A DNA stretch of 64,000 nucleotides from Chiloscyllium plagiosum. Lineage: Eukaryota. The DNA lies in contig NC_057750.1 of the NCBI RefSeq assembly GCF_004010195.1, positions 3,158,761 to 3,222,760 of the forward strand, written 5' to 3'. The position numbers and the translations under genes were made by a program. The notes beneath the pieces are model-generated. The model was given only the letters and a program-made list of their open reading frames with translations. It did no database searches and had not been told where the DNA came from. Position 1 is the stretch's first letter. The number at the start of each line of letters is the position of its first letter. This document shows, in pieces, positions 25,960 to 39,545 of the stretch.

Positions 25960-26775
25960 CTAGTGTCAGGTATTTAGGGACAGTCGGTTGAATCTCAAAC
26001 GGTGATGAAAAGACTACAGACAGGAGGTGGAAGACCTGGAAAAATGGTGCACTGAGGACAACCTCGCTCTCAATGACCGTAAAACCAAGGAACTCATTAT
26101 TGACTTTCGGCGGGATGTTACTCATGCCCCCCTACACATTAACAGCACAGAGGTGGAACGAGTGGAGAGTGTCAAGCTCCTGGGAGTGGTCATCCACAAC
26201 AAGCTTTCTTGGACCCTTCATGTGGATGCACTGGTTGTAAAGGCCCAACAACGTCTCCTCTTCCTCAGGCAGCTGAGGAAATTTGGCATGACGATAAATA
26301 TCCTTGCCAACTTGTCTGGATGTATCACTACCTGGTATACCATTCAAGTTCAGAGATGGTTACAGAGACTGGAGAATTCGGCCTGGACAATCACAAAGGC
26401 CAAACTCCCATCTATAGAATCCATCTACCAGGCCCGCTGTCAAGGAAAGGCGGCCAGCGTTCTCAAAGATCCATCCCACCCGGCAATATTTTTATACAAC
26501 CTTTACCATTGGGGAAAAGGTACAGAAGCCTGAACACATGCATCAACTGGTTTCGAAATAGTTTCTACCCTACTGTTGTTAGAATACTGAATGGACTCAC
26601 AAACTCTTAACATTCGCCTGTACCTGTGTTTTCGTTTTTTTCCAGCAATAAAGTTTCAACTTTGATCTCCAGCATCTGCAGACCTCACTTTCTCCCCGCT
26701 GTGATCTGCCTGTATTGCTCACAAGACAAAGCCGTTCACTGTGCCTCGGTACATGTGACAATGAATTCAATTCAA
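25960..26775 (+). mobile_element. Rex1/Babar-clade LINE, 5'-truncated RT C-terminus + 3' UTR
   Basis: WCTEDNLALN..KTKELIIDFRR..PLHINSTEVERVES.KLLGV...KAQQRLLFLRQLRKFG; (ATTCA)n tail; family A tail fragment inserted at ~26641-26696. Confidence 0.8.
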
Positions 26776-27225
26776 TAGATCTATTAATCCTCCCTGGCCA
26801 CCTGCTCCCATTCCTTCAGCTGCTGTGAGGTTAGTGCCTCCTACAGAAGCATCATCTCTCTCTCCTATCAAGCTGCATCTGTGAGCCTAAGAGTCCTTGC
26901 CTCTTTGCTGGTGCTCCATTGTGCAGCTCCTATGTGTAGCCAGTGTCAGTACAGTCAACCTTTCAATGAGTGCTGCTCCCCTTTAAGAGCGATGGATGGC
27001 CTTTAAGAGGAGTAGGGTGGCAACATCATTTAGTTATCAGTGCATGCTGTTTGGTCCCCTGATCAATGCCCAGTCGGTCAATAGCATGAAACCCATTCAA
27101 AGATGGGAGTTCAGCAACCACTGAACCCAAGAATAAGTGTATGCTCATTTTTAACCCTCAGTCTATGGTTTGTGCTTCCTGAAGATACAAGTTTTGCATT
27201 TATATTTCTCAATTTTATCTCTTGT

Positions 27226-27357
27226 GAGGCAAAAGTGAGGACTGCAGATGCTGGAGATTAGAGTCGAAAGTGTGACGCTGGAAAAGCACACAGGTCAGGC
27301 AGCATTTGAGGAGCAGAAGAATCGACATTTCAGGCCAAAGCCCTTCATCAGGAATGG
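27226..27357 (-). mobile_element. Minimal 132-bp family A insertion with intact hammerhead core
   Basis: Reverse strand ATTC-CTGATGA-A-GGGC-TTTG-GCCT-GAAA-TG-TC-GATTC; TSD TATCTCTTGT 27216-27225 and 27358-27367. Confidence 0.85.
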
Positions 27358-28164
27358 TATCTCTTGTATCTATTATGAGCCCATTTCATAGTTTTCTACT
27401 TGCTTTCAAGAGCTCGTAAAAACCGAACACTTTTGGACTGTGTCTTTAATCTTCTTCCTCTTCTCCAATTTCCTCACTTCCCATTAAATGTTCATCTTGC
27501 AAAATACTTTGAGATTGTTATCTAGCTGATTAATGCTACATAAGAAGGTACACTTGTATCACTCTGTGAACCTGGTATGTGAACTATGGCCAGGTTTTCT
27601 CATTTAATCATTGTTATTTAGAACTTGCTACCACACAAGTTTCCTTCCTGTCTCAGTCTTAGTTAAAATTGTTTGGATGGAGCAGTTTTTGTTAGGTGTG
27701 TCCAGGAAGGATTCGTGACGCAATATGTAGATAAGCCAACTAGAGGGGGAGGCCATATTGGATTTGGTGCTTGATAACGAACCATGCTAGGTGTCAGATC
27801 TCTCGGTGGGAGAGCATTTTGGTGATAGTGCTCACAACTCCATGACCTTTTCCACACCCATGGAGAAGGATAGGAGCAAATGGTATGGGAAAGTATTTAA
27901 TTGGGGGAAGGGGAATTACAATGCTATTCGACAGGAACTGGGATGCCTAAATTCGGAACAGAGGTTCTCAGGGAAATGTACATCAGAAATGTGGAGATTG
28001 TTTAGGGAGGATTAGATTAGATTAGATTACATTACATTACAGTGTAGAAACAGGCCCTTCGGCCCAACAAGTTCACACCGACCCGCCGAAGCGAAACCCA
28101 CCCATACCCCTACATTTACCCCTTACCTAACACTACGGGCAATTTAGCATGGCCAATTCACCTG

Positions 28165-29141
28165 NNNNNNNNNNNNNNNNNNNNNNNNNNNNNNNNNNNN
28201 NNNNNNNNNNNNNNNNNNNNNNNNNNNNNNNNNNNNNNNNNNNNNNNNNNNNNNNNNNNNNNNNNNNNNNNNNNNNNNNNNNNNNNNNNNNNNNNNNNNN
28301 NNNNNNNNNNNNNNNNNNNNNNNNNNNNNNNNNNNNNNNNNNNNNNNNNNNNNNNNNNNNNNNNNNNNNNNNNNNNNNNNNNNNNNNNNNNNNNNNNNNN
28401 NNNNNNNNNNNNNNNNNNNNNNNNNNNNNNNNNNNNNNNNNNNNNNNNNNNNNNNNNNNNNNNNNNNNNNNNNNNNNNNNNNNNNNNNNNNNNNNNNNNN
28501 NNNNNNNNNNNNNNNNNNNNNNNNNNNNNNNNNNNNNNNNNNNNNNNNNNNNNNNNNNNNNNNNNNNNNNNNNNNNNNNNNNNNNNNNNNNNNNNNNNNN
28601 NNNNNNNNNNNNNNNNNNNNNNNNNNNNNNNNNNNNNNNNNNNNNNNNNNNNNNNNNNNNNNNNNNNNNNNNNNNNNNNNNNNNNNNNNNNNNNNNNNNN
28701 NNNNNNNNNNNNNNNNNNNNNNNNNNNNNNNNNNNNNNNNNNNNNNNNNNNNNNNNNNNNNNNNNNNNNNNNNNNNNNNNNNNNNNNNNNNNNNNNNNNN
28801 NNNNNNNNNNNNNNNNNNNNNNNNNNNNNNNNNNNNNNNNNNNNNNNNNNNNNNNNNNNNNNNNNNNNNNNNNNNNNNNNNNNNNNNNNNNNNNNNNNNN
28901 NNNNNNNNNNNNNNNNNNNNNNNNNNNNNNNNNNNNNNNNNNNNNNNNNNNNNNNNNNNNNNNNNNNNNNNNNNNNNNNNNNNNNNNNNNNNNNNNNNNN
29001 NNNNNNNNNNNNNNNNNNNNNNNNNNNNNNNNNNNNNNNNNNNNNNNNNNNNNNNNNNNNNNNNNNNNNNNNNNNNNNNNNNNNNNNNNNNNNNNNNNNN
29101 NNNNNNNNNNNNNNNNNNNNNNNNNNNNNNNNNNNNNNNNN
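28165..29141. other. Assembly gap (others at 1510-1560 and 45664-45954)
   Basis: Runs of N. Confidence 1.
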
Positions 29142-29480
29142 CGGAGAGGTCAGGAAGAAGATTGCAGGTTGGGAAGGCGGTGCTGAGTTCGAGGGATTTG
29201 ACTGAGACAAGGTGGGGGGAGGGGAAATGACGAAACTGGTGAAATCTGAGTTCATCCCTTGTGGTTGGAGGGTTCCTAGGCGGAAGATGAGGCGCTCTTC
29301 CTCCAGCTGTCGTGTTGCTATGGTCTGGCAATGGAGGAGTCCAAGGACCTGCATGTACTTGGTGGAGTGGGAGGGGGAGTTGAAGTGTTGAGCCACGGGG
29401 TGGTTGGGTTGGTTGGTCTGGGTGTCCCAGAGGTGTTCTCTGAAATGTTCTGCAAGTAGGCGGCTTGTCCTCCCCTATAC
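29142..29480 (-). mobile_element. Penelope-like (Neptune-type) GIY-YIG C-terminus + pLTR start, family A
   Basis: AQHFNSPSHS...LEEERLIFRLGTLQPQGMN followed by the pLTR sequence shared with 1705-1820. Confidence 0.8.
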
Positions 29481-30554
29481 TGGGGAGACAGGGTTAGTAA
29501 ATTTGCTGATGACACAAAGGTTGGTGGAGTTGTGGATAGTGTGGAAGGCTGTTGTAAATTGCAATGGGACATTGACAGATCCAGAAATGGGCTGAGAAGT
29601 GGCAGATGGAGTTCAACCTGGAAAAGTGTGAAGTTGTTCACTTTGGAAGGTCAAATTTGAATGCAGAATACTGGATTAAAGGCAGTATTCTTGACAGTGT
29701 GGAGGAACAGAGGGATCAACTTGGAGAAAGTCGATTCCCCTGCTCCTCTGATGCTGCCTAGCCTGCTGTGCTTTTCCAGGAACAGAGGAATGTTGAGGTC
29801 CATGTCCATAGATCCCTCAAAGTTGCTGTCCAGGTTGATAAGATTGTTAAGAAGGCTTATGGTGTGTTGGTTTTCATTAGCAGGAGGATTGAGTTTAAGA
29901 GCCGCGAGGTTATGCTGCAGATCTATAGAGCCCTAGTTAGATCACACTCGAAATATTGTGTTCAGCTCTCGTCGCCTCATTATAGGAAAAATGTGGAAGC
30001 TTTAGAGGGGATGCAGAGGAGATCTACCAGGATGCTGCCTGTACTGGATGGCATGTCTTATGAAGAAAGGTTGAGGGAGCTAGGGTTTTTTTCAATGGAG
30101 TGAAGAAGTTTGAGAGGTGACTTGATAGTGGTGTACAGGATGTTGAGAGGCATAAATAGAATGGATAGCCAGAGATTTTTTCCTGTGGTGGAAATGTCTA
30201 TCACGAGGCAGCATAATTCTCAGGTAATTGAAGGAAGGTTTAGGTGAGATGTCAGAGGTAGGTTCTTTACTGAGAGAGTGATGGGGTGCATGGAGTGGTA
30301 GAGTCAGATACATTAGGGCCATTTAAGCGACTCTTGGATGGGTACATGGAAGATAGTACAATGAAAGGTATGTAGGTTATTCTCATCTTAGAGTAGTATA
30401 TAAGATTGGCACAATACCAAGGTCCAAAGGGCCTGTACTGTGCTGTACTGTTCTATGTCTCTAATAGTAAAATCCATTTATAACTAGCTAAGTTCCCATT
30501 TGAAGCCTCTACCTTGATGAGAGATGTTTGCTGAATCCTTTTTCATTAGTGAGA

Positions 30555-31655
30555 ATTATACAGCATGGAAACAGGCCCTTTGGTCCAACACGTCACACTT
30601 GCCTACTTTAACCTCTAAAGCTTTCCTATTCATATATCTATCCAAATGTCTTCTGAATGTTGTAACTGTATCTGCATCTACCACTTCCTCTGGTAGTTCA
30701 TTCCATGTACAAATCACCCTTTGTGTGAAAAAGTTGCCCCTCCAGTCCTTTTTAAATTTTTCTTCTCTCATCTTACAAAATGCCCCCTAGTTTTGAATCA
30801 CCTCATCCTAGGGAAATGACAATTGCTATTCCCCTGATGTATGCTCCTCTATAAGGTCACCTCTCAACCTCCTGCACTCCAGTGAAAAAAGTCCAGGCCT
30901 ATCCAGCCGTCCCTTATAACTCAAGCTCTCCAGTCCCAGCAACATCCTGGTAAATCTTTTCTGAACCGTCTCCAATTTAATAATATCCTTCCTGTAGTAG
31001 GGCAACCAGAACTGTACACAGTACTCCAAAACAGGCCTCATCAATATTCTGGGTCAAAAGGTGTGGCACTGGAAAAGCACAGCCAGTCAGGCAGCATCCA
31101 AGAAGCAGGAGAGTCGACGTTTTGAGCATAAGCTCTTCATCAGGAATTCCTGCTCAAAACGTCTACTTTCCTGCTTCTCAGATGCTGCCTGACCCACTAT
31201 GCTTTTCCAGTGCCACACGTTTTGACTCTGTCCTCCAGCATCTGAAGTCTTCACTTTCTCCTCATCAACATCCTGTACAACATCAACATGACGTCCTATT
31301 TTTAATGGTCTGAGCAATGAAGGCAAGCATCTAAACATCTTCTTTACCAGCCATTCTACCTATAGTGAAATTTTCAAAGAAGTACACATATGGAGCCCTA
31401 CATCTCTCTGTTTGACAACACTACCCAGGCCCTACCATTAACAGCATAAATCCTACCCTTGTTTTACCAAGATTTAAACTCCATCTGCCACTCCTCAGCC
31501 CATTGCCAAATTGATCAAGATCTCTTTGTAATCTTAGATTATCTTCTTCACTGTCGACTATACTACCAATTTTGATGTCATCAGCAAGCTTATTAACCAT
31601 GTCTGTATTCTCATCCAATTCGTTTATATAATGACAAACAACAGTGGACCTAGAT
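30555..31655 (-). mobile_element. CR1 LINE 3' fragment
   Basis: [28 protein letters not shown] peptides in ORF track. Confidence 0.85.
31052..31259 (+). mobile_element. Family A fold-back inserted in CR1
   Basis: Inverted arms around CAGGAATTCCTG, tail on right; degenerate TSD CCTCATCAA(T/C)AT(T/C)CTG 31036-31051 and 31260-31275. Confidence 0.85.
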
Positions 31656-31892
31656 AACCTTGTCCATGATATTTTGTACCATTTGACAAGCAACCTCTAA
31701 TGTTTAAGTAGCCTTGTAGGGAATGTAAATTCGAATTCTCTCACTATTTTCGTTAGTTTTGTTCAATTCCATGCTGCCTGTTTGACTCTACCTGAGGGGA
31801 ACACAGCATAAACTTGCTATATTTGCTAAAGCTGAGTACCAGATAAAAAGAAAACAAGTTTTCCAGTCCCTGTCCTTAGTAAATTAGTTATA

Positions 31893-32164
31893 CAGTAGCG
31901 CCTCGACATACGAACGACCCCGTTCACGAACAAATCGGTATATGAACAGGATTGTACGTAAAAATTTGCTTCAACATACGTACGAAATTCAAGGTACGAA
32001 CGAAGGTACGAACACAAAAAGCCTGTGGTTTCATTGTAATTGTTCTGCTTTGCTACGCGCACTTTGAATATCCGAACAATGGGAAAATTGATTCAGTTCA
32101 CAAACTTTTCAATTTGCAAACCGGGTCCCGGAACAGATTAAGTTCGTAAGTCGAGGTGCTACTG
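31893..32164. mobile_element. Tigger/pogo-like MITE (272 bp)
   Basis: TIRs CAGTAGC(G/A)CCTCGAC(A/T)TACGAAC (21/23), TA on both flanks, internal TACGAA repeats. Confidence 0.9.
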
Positions 32165-34317
32165 TATTTAATTTGGTTTTGCTTTGGGTTAATATGTGTA
32201 ATATGTGGCAGCAGCGTATACCATCTAGAAGATGCACTGCAACAACTCAACGTTGACAGCACTTTCCAAACCCACAACCTCCACTACCTAGAAGAACAAA
32301 TGCAGCAGATCAATGGGAACATGCTCTCCTTAAAAGGGCAAAAAAGCTGGATAAAAGGCAGCACACCACCTGTCCTGAGTCTTTCTGCCCTATTGAGTTG
32401 CTTTCCTTATGGTATGGGAGAGAAGCAGGTATTACAGGAGATGAAAGTGGGTGGACATTGTGCAGGAGGGGAGGTATCCTGAATGAGTGAGTAGGCAGAG
32501 AATGTACGCTATTAGTATGTTGAAGGGTCGGATGGCTGAGGGTGAGTAGAGAAGATGTTGTGAGCAGTGGTAAGAATGGTAGAGCATGTGCTCTGGTATG
32601 AGTTGGTTACAGAGCAGAAATACAGTGAGTGTGAAGTATTAGAGAGAAGACGTTGGAACTTATTCTGGCAGAGTGGAGAAGGTCATTGAGTTTCTTCCTA
32701 CAATATTTGGCATTCCTCCAGATGTCTGAGAATGCTTTAACGTGGGACAAGGCTAGCATGGTCTGGCATCTTGGCTTCCACTGCTGGTCCTGGGACAGAG
32801 TCCTGTGTTGGCATCACCCTGTCCTGCAGGACCTCCAAGACTTTGCCTGCAAAACAGGGCATGAACCTACCCCTATCTGGCATGTCCAGGGCAAATTTCA
32901 GAAATCATTTAGGCAGCTCTGGACTGAAGGTGTTTGCCTGCGTGCACAACAGGCTTTTAAAGATGGTGCCAATGAATGGAATGCTGGTGAGTTTTGAGAT
33001 ATCTGTTGTGTGAAGAGTTGTTCTGGGAACAGCATGTGGTAAAATGGTGCAGAATTTAGATGTGAGATACACTATTGGAGCAAGGCAGCTGATTAACAAC
33101 GTAAGTTTGGCAAGATATGATAACATTCATGAGGCAAATAAAAATCCTTCAGAAAACAAAAGCAACTTGGGCTTAGACAAAATTACATAAGATTCAGCCC
33201 CAGATTTTCTTTGTTGTTCCTTTCCTGAGGGAAAATGGAGTAAAAGCAATATTCTAGCCCTTCCCTGTGATCTTTGAGTCACCACGTGAACAGATCACTG
33301 AAAGGTCAAACCAACTCCAGCTTTTAACCAACAGCCAGTTTCATGAAGCTAAATCTTTCCATATGTCTTTCTCCAAACTCTCAAACAGCATAGGTGGACC
33401 TGTGAATTGCCACAAGTTTCATGAGTTTTTCTAAACCCTGACTGCAACACCTAATAGCCAAATAACTCATATAACTTGTCCTGAATTCTAATAGCACACA
33501 GATATTCAATTGCTGTTGTCTTCTTCTACTGAGACTTCTACTCAGAATCCATGTAGTTCAATTGCCTTTCCTGGGATGCAGCTAAATAAATCATCACTTC
33601 TAACATGGAGACTGTGTGTCTCACAATTCTCTGACTTTCAGTCCCTGTCTGTAATTTCTGAACTCTCTGATGAGAGGATTCAGGGTAATCCAAGATGGAG
33701 GACAGGAAAAAATTCTGGTTGTAACAGACTGCTCCTTTTTTGTGGTATTTCAGGTGTTGGAGGTGATTGCCTCGAATTTTAGGAACAGCAGTTACTGTTT
33801 TATATGCTGTTGCATTGATTTGGAACTTTGGAGAAAAAGAAGTCAAAACAATAGCACTTTTAAAAGACAGAGGGACAGACAATAGGCAGCACATGGTCAG
33901 GCCAGTGTAGGGGAGAGAGAGAGAAAGAAAGAAATCCTCACTGCTAACTGATACAGCAGTGAATCTGCACAGTTACTGCCTTTGCTGTTGAATTAATGTA
34001 TCGTTGGACATCAGAGTACATTGAGGAAAACTTAACAAACAGTGAAATTCACAACTGATCCTGGAGGAACCTTTTTGGGAGAAGTCACAGCACAGAAACA
34101 GATAAGTGAATAGTATTAAGTATAGCCTTGCTGTAAATCTACAATAGTGAGTAGAGTGGTTTCTTTCTTGATTATATGTTTTATTCAGAGATGTCTCTTG
34201 ATTAAACTTCAAAATGTAAGCCATAAATATTAAGTTAGCTGGGAGCAGTATTTGTAGAGGAATAGGACAGTGCTATTTTCTGAGTTTGTAGATTGGAAGA
34301 AGCAAAAATAGCCCTTA

Positions 34318-35571
34318 TAGAGTCATAGAGAAGTATAGCACAGAAAAAGACCCTTCGGTCCAACTCGTCCATGCTGACCAGATATCCCAATCCAATCTAG
34401 TCCCACTTGCCAGCACCCAGCTCATACCTCTTCAACCCCTTCCTATTCATATACCCATCTAGGTGCCTTTTAAATGCTACAATTTTACTAGCCTCCACCA
34501 ATTCCTCTGTCAGTCCATTCCACATACACATCACCCTCTGAATGAAAATTTTGCCCCTTAGATCTCTTTTATATCTTTCCCCTCTCACCCTAAACCAATG
34601 CCCTGTAGTTCTGGACTCCCCCACCTCAGGAAAAAGGCCTTGTCTATTTATCCTATCAAGCCCCTCATGATTTTATAAACCTCTATAAGGTCAACCCTCA
34701 GCCTCCGACGCTCCAGGAAAAACAGCCCCAGCCCATTCAACCTTTCCCTATAGCTCAAATCCTCCAACCCTAGCAACATCCTTGTAAATCTTTTCTGAAC
34801 CCTTTCAAGTTTCACAACTTCCTTCTGATAGGAAGGAGACCAGAATTGCACGCAATATTCCAAAAGTAGCCTAACCAATCTATATATACACTCATTCACT
34901 CTCTTCACATAGACTTATAGAGATGTACAGCATGGAAACAGACTCCTCAGTCCAACTCGTCCATGCCGACCAGATATCCTAACCCAATCTAGTCCCACTG
35001 CCAGTATCTGGCCCATATCCCTCCAAACCCTTCCTATTCATATACCCATCCAGATGCCTTTTAAATGTTGCAATCGTACTAACCTCCACCACTTCCTCGG
35101 GCAGCTCATTCCATGCATGTACCACCCTCTGCGTGAAAAGGTTGCCCCTTACGTCTCTTTTATATCTTTCCACTCTCACCCTAAACCTATGCCGTCTAGT
35201 TCTTGGCTCCCCCATCCCAGGGAAGAGACCTTGTCTATTCATCCTGTCCACACCCTTCATGGTTTTATAAATCTCTATAAGGTCATCCCTCAGCCTCCAA
35301 TGCTCCAGGGAAAACAGCCCCAGCTTATTCAACCTCTCCCTATAACTCAAATCCTCCAGTCCTGGCAATATCCTTGTAAATCTTTTCTGAACCCTTTCAA
35401 GTTTCACAACATCTTTCCAATAGGAAGGAGAGCAGAATTGCATGCAATATTCCAAATGTGGCCAAACCAGTGTCCTGCACAGCTGCAGCATGATCTCCCA
35501 ACTCAATACTCTGACCAATAAAGGAAAGCATACCAAATGCCACCTTCGCTATCCTATCTACCAGCAACTCT
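34318..35571 (-). mobile_element. Two tandem antisense CR1 3' fragments nested at the start of ORF1 of the long CR1
   Basis: 34318-34880 and 34915-35571 each carry a CR1 tail and LEYC.QF.SPSY..DVVKLERVQKRFTR. Confidence 0.85.
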
Positions 35572-36482
35572 AGTAGAAGGATATGCTCTTCCTGTCAGAT
35601 GTGAGAGTTTAGGGAGAGTTTGTGTTACTGAGGATTATATCTGCAATAAATGCCGTTGGTTGTAAATTCTATTAGATGAAATGGATTGGTTGAAGTGACA
35701 GTTAGAGGCAATGAAGAATTTGCAAGAGCAAGGCTGTGATGGATGGCAGTAATAAGAAGGGAGAAAAGTCACAGATACAGTCACATAGATGGGTTAACTC
35801 CAGGAAAGGTAAGAGAGGTAGGCAGTAGTCTTCTGTGGCTATCACCGTTTCAAACAAGTATGCTGTTTTGGAAAATGTAGGGGTGATGGATTCTCAGGGA
35901 AATGGAATACGAATGGCCAAGTTTCTGGTATCAAGACTGGCTCTAATGCAATGATGGGTATGTCGGGTTTCAAGAGATCGATTGTATTAGGTGACTCTCT
36001 AGTCTGAGGCACAGACAGACGTTTCTGTGACCAGCAGCAAAAAATCAGAATGGTGTGTTGCCTCTCTGGTGCCAGGATCAAGGATATCTCAAAGACAGTG
36101 CAGAATGTTCTCAAGGGGGGAGGGACCAGCAGGAGGTCATTGTACACATTGGAACCAATGACATAGGAAGGGAATAGGATAAGATTCTGAAGGGGGAATA
36201 TAGAGAGTTAGGCTGGAATTTAAAACTGAGATCCCCGAGAGTAGTGATATATGGATTACTCCTGGTGCTACGACTAGTGAGGGTAGAAATAGGAGGATAG
36301 AGCAGATGAATGCATGGCTGAGGAGCTGGTTAATGGGAGAAGGATTCACATTTTTGGATCATTTGAATCTCTTCTGGGATAGACGTGACTTGTACAAGAA
36401 GGACTTATTGCACCTGAATTGAAAGGGGACTAATATACCAGCAGGGAGATTTGCTGGAGCTGCTTGGGAGGATCTAAACTAG
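35572..36482 (+). pseudogene. CR1 ORF1 remnant (zinc-finger/leucine zipper + SGNH esterase)
   Basis: ICSSCQM...YICNKC, IVLGDSLV*GTDRRFC (~35981), VIVHIGTND (~36136), DLLHLN (~36402); stops and frameshifts. Confidence 0.8.
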
Positions 36483-36624
36483 TAAGGTGGGGAGAGAGGG
36501 TGGCTGGTGGGACCCAGGGAGATAGTGAGGAAAGAGATAAATCTGAGACTGGTACAGTTGAGAAAAGAAGCGAGCCAAATAGTCAGGGCAGACAGGGACA
36601 AAGAGAGCAAGGTAGGACTGATTA

Positions 36625-39545
36625 AATTAAATTGCATTGATTTCAATGCAAGAGGCCTAACAGGGAAGGCAGATGAACTCAGGGCTTGGTTAGGAACATG
36701 GGACTGGGATATCATAGAAATTACAGAAATGTGGCTCAGGGATGGACAGGACTGGGAGCTTAATGTTTCAGGATAAAATGCTACAGGAAGGACAGAAAGG
36801 GATGCAAGAGAGGAAGGAGAATGGCGTATTTGATAAGGGATAGCATTACAACTGTACAGAGGGAGGATATTTCCGGAAGTACATCCAGGGAAGTTATTTG
36901 GGTAGAACTGAGAAATACGAAAGTAATGATCACCTTATTGGGATTGTATGATAGACCCCATAATAGTCAGCAGGAAATTGAGAAACAAATTTGTAAGGAG
37001 ATTTCAGTTATCTATATGAATAATAGGGTGGTTATGGTAGGAGATTTTAACTTTCCAAACATAGACAGAGACTGCCAATTTCTGATTCAGTATGTGGATT
37101 TACCTACTAGAGAAGGTGCAAAACTTGACCTACTCTTGGGAAATAAGGCAGGGCAGGTGACTGAGGAGTCAGTGGGGAGTAACCAGCAATCATAATTCTG
37201 TTAGTTTTAAAATAGTGATGGAAAAGGATAGACCAGATCTAAAAGTTGAAGATCTAAATTGGAGGAAGGCTGATTTGATGGTATTAGGCAAGAACTTTAA
37301 AATTGGGGGCAGATGTTCACAGATAAAGGGATGGTTGAGAAATGGGAAGCCTTCAGAACTGAGATAAAGAAATTCCAGAGACAGTATATTCCTGTTAGGG
37401 TGAAAGGAAAGACTGGTAGATATAGGGAATGCTGGATGACTAGAGAAATTGAGATTTTGGTGAAGAAAAAGAAGGAAAAGAAGGAAGTATATGTCAGGTA
37501 TAGACAGGAGAGTACGAGTGAATCCTTAGAAGACTATAAAGGCAGTAGGAGTTTACTTAAGAAGGAAATCAGGAGGGCAAAAAGGGGACATGGTATAGAT
37601 TTGGCAAATAGGGTTAAGGAGAATCCAAAGGGTTTTTACAAATACATTAAAGACAAAAGGGTAACTTTTGGTTAAGGAAGACAATAGGGCCCCTCAAAGA
37701 TCAGATCGTCAGCCTTTGGGTGAACCCCCAGGAGATGGGCGAGATACTATTTTGCATCAGTGTTTACTGTGGAGAAGGACATGGAAGATATAGAATATAG
37801 GAAAATAGATGGTGGCATCTTGAAAAATGTCCATAATACAGAGAAGGAAGTGCTGGATATCTTGAAATGCATAAAGGTGGATAAATCCCTAGGACCTGAT
37901 CAGGTGTACCCTAGAACTCTGTGGAAAGCTAGGGAAGTGATTGCTGGGCCTCTTGCTGAGATATTTGTATCATTGATAGTCACAGGTGAGGTGCCAGAAG
38001 ACTGGAGGTTGGCTAACATGGTACTATTATTTAAGATAGATGGTAAGGAAAAGCCAGGGAACTATAGAACGGTGAGCCTGACATCAGTGGTGGGCAAGTT
38101 GTTGGAGGGAATCTTGAGGGACAGGATGTACATGTATTTGGAAAGGCAAGGACTGAATAGGATAGTCAACATTGCTTTGTGCGTGGGAAATCATGTCTCA
38201 CAAACTAGATTGAGTTTTTTTTTGAAGAAGCAACAAAGAGGATTGATGAGGGCAGAGCGGTGGACGTGATCTATATGGACTTCAGTAAGGCATTTGACAA
38301 GATTCCCCATGGAACACTGGTTAGCAAGATTAGATATCATGGAATACAGGGAGAACTAGCCATTTGGATACAGAACTGGCTCAAAGGTAGAAGACAGAGG
38401 GTGGTGGTGGAGGGTTGTTTTTCAAACTGGAGGCCTGTGAACAGTGGAGTGCCACAAGTATTGGTGCTGGGTCCACTACTTTTTATCATTTATATAAATG
38501 ATTTGGATGTGAGCCTAAGAGGTATAGTTAGTAAATTTTCAGATGACACCAAAATTGGAGATGTAATGGACAGCAAAGAAGGTTACCTCAGATGACAATG
38601 GGATCTTGATCAGGTGGGCCAATGGGCTGAGGAGTGGCAGATGGAGTTTAATTTAGCTCAATGCAAGGTGCTGCGTTTTGGGAAAGCAAATCTCAGCAGG
38701 ACTTATACACTTAATGGTAAGGTCCTGGGGAGTGTTGTTGAACAAACATACCTCAGAGTGCAGGTTCATAGCTCCTTGAAGGTAGAGTCGCAGGTAGATA
38801 GGATAGTGAAGAAGGCATTTGTTTTGCTTTCCTTTGTTAATCAGAGTATTGAGTACAGGAGTTGGGAGGTCATGTTGCGGCTGTACATGGCTTTGGTTAG
38901 GCCACTTTTGGAATATTGTGTGCAGTTCTGGTCTCCTTCCTATCGGAAACAGGTTGCAAAACTTGAAAGGATTCAGAAAAGATTTACAAGGATGTTGCCA
39001 GGGTTGGAGGATTTGAGCTATAGGGAGAGGCTGGACAGGCTGGGACTGTTTTCCCTGGATCGTTGGAAGCTAAGGAGTGACCTTATAGAGGTTTATAAAA
39101 TCATGAGGGGCATGGATAGGATAAATAGACAAGGTCTTTTCACTGGGGTGTGGGAGTCCAGAACTAGAAGACAAAGTTTTTAGGGTTAAAAATCACACAA
39201 CACCAGGTTATAGTCCAACAGGTTTAATTGGAAGCACACTAGCATTCGGAGCGCTGCTCCTTCATCAGGTGATTGTCTGATGTAGGAGTGGCACTCCAAA
39301 AGCTAGTGTGCTTCCAATTAAACCTGTTGGACTATAACCTGGTGTTGTGTGATTTTTAACTTTCTACACGCCAGTCCAACACCGGCATCTCCAAATTAAG
39401 GTTTAGGGTGAGAGGGAAAAGATATAAAAGAGACCTAAGGGGCAACCTTTTCACGCAGAGGATGGTGCGTGTTGTGGAATGGGCTGCCAGAGGGAGTAAT
39501 GGAGACTATTACAATTGCAACATTTAAAAGGCATATGATTAGGAA
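36625..39545 (+). pseudogene. CR1 ORF2 remnant (APE endonuclease + reverse transcriptase)
   Basis: FNARGL, ITEMW, GDFNFP, LDLLL; YMDFSKAFDK, SGVPQ..LGPLLF, FSDDTK; broken over several frames. Confidence 0.9.
39185..39397 (+). mobile_element. Family B PLE-derived fold-back, double hammerhead, inserted in CR1
   Basis: Arms 39185-39268 / 39277-39360, outer ~58 bp perfectly complementary; 37-nt unpaired tail 39361-39397; CR1 sequence TTTAGGGT repeated at both flanks. Confidence 0.85.

Larger units (their letters stand above)
27670..30460 (+). mobile_element. CR1 LINE interrupted by SINE (28011-28164), assembly gap, PLE and a family A fragment (~29714-29777)
   Basis: EN-region peptide GEHFGDSAHN at 27791; RT C-terminus (FADDTK ~29502) and 3' UTR to ~30460. 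Confidence 0.75.

Noticed and set aside
28144..29396. 345-412 aa ORFs
   Set aside because: Artefacts of reading through N runs.
39185..39360. miRNA precursor, CRISPR-like repeat or classical MITE
   Set aside because: Asymmetric tail, long TSD in the sister copy and hammerhead motifs fit a PLE-derived fold-back; no repeat-spacer array.
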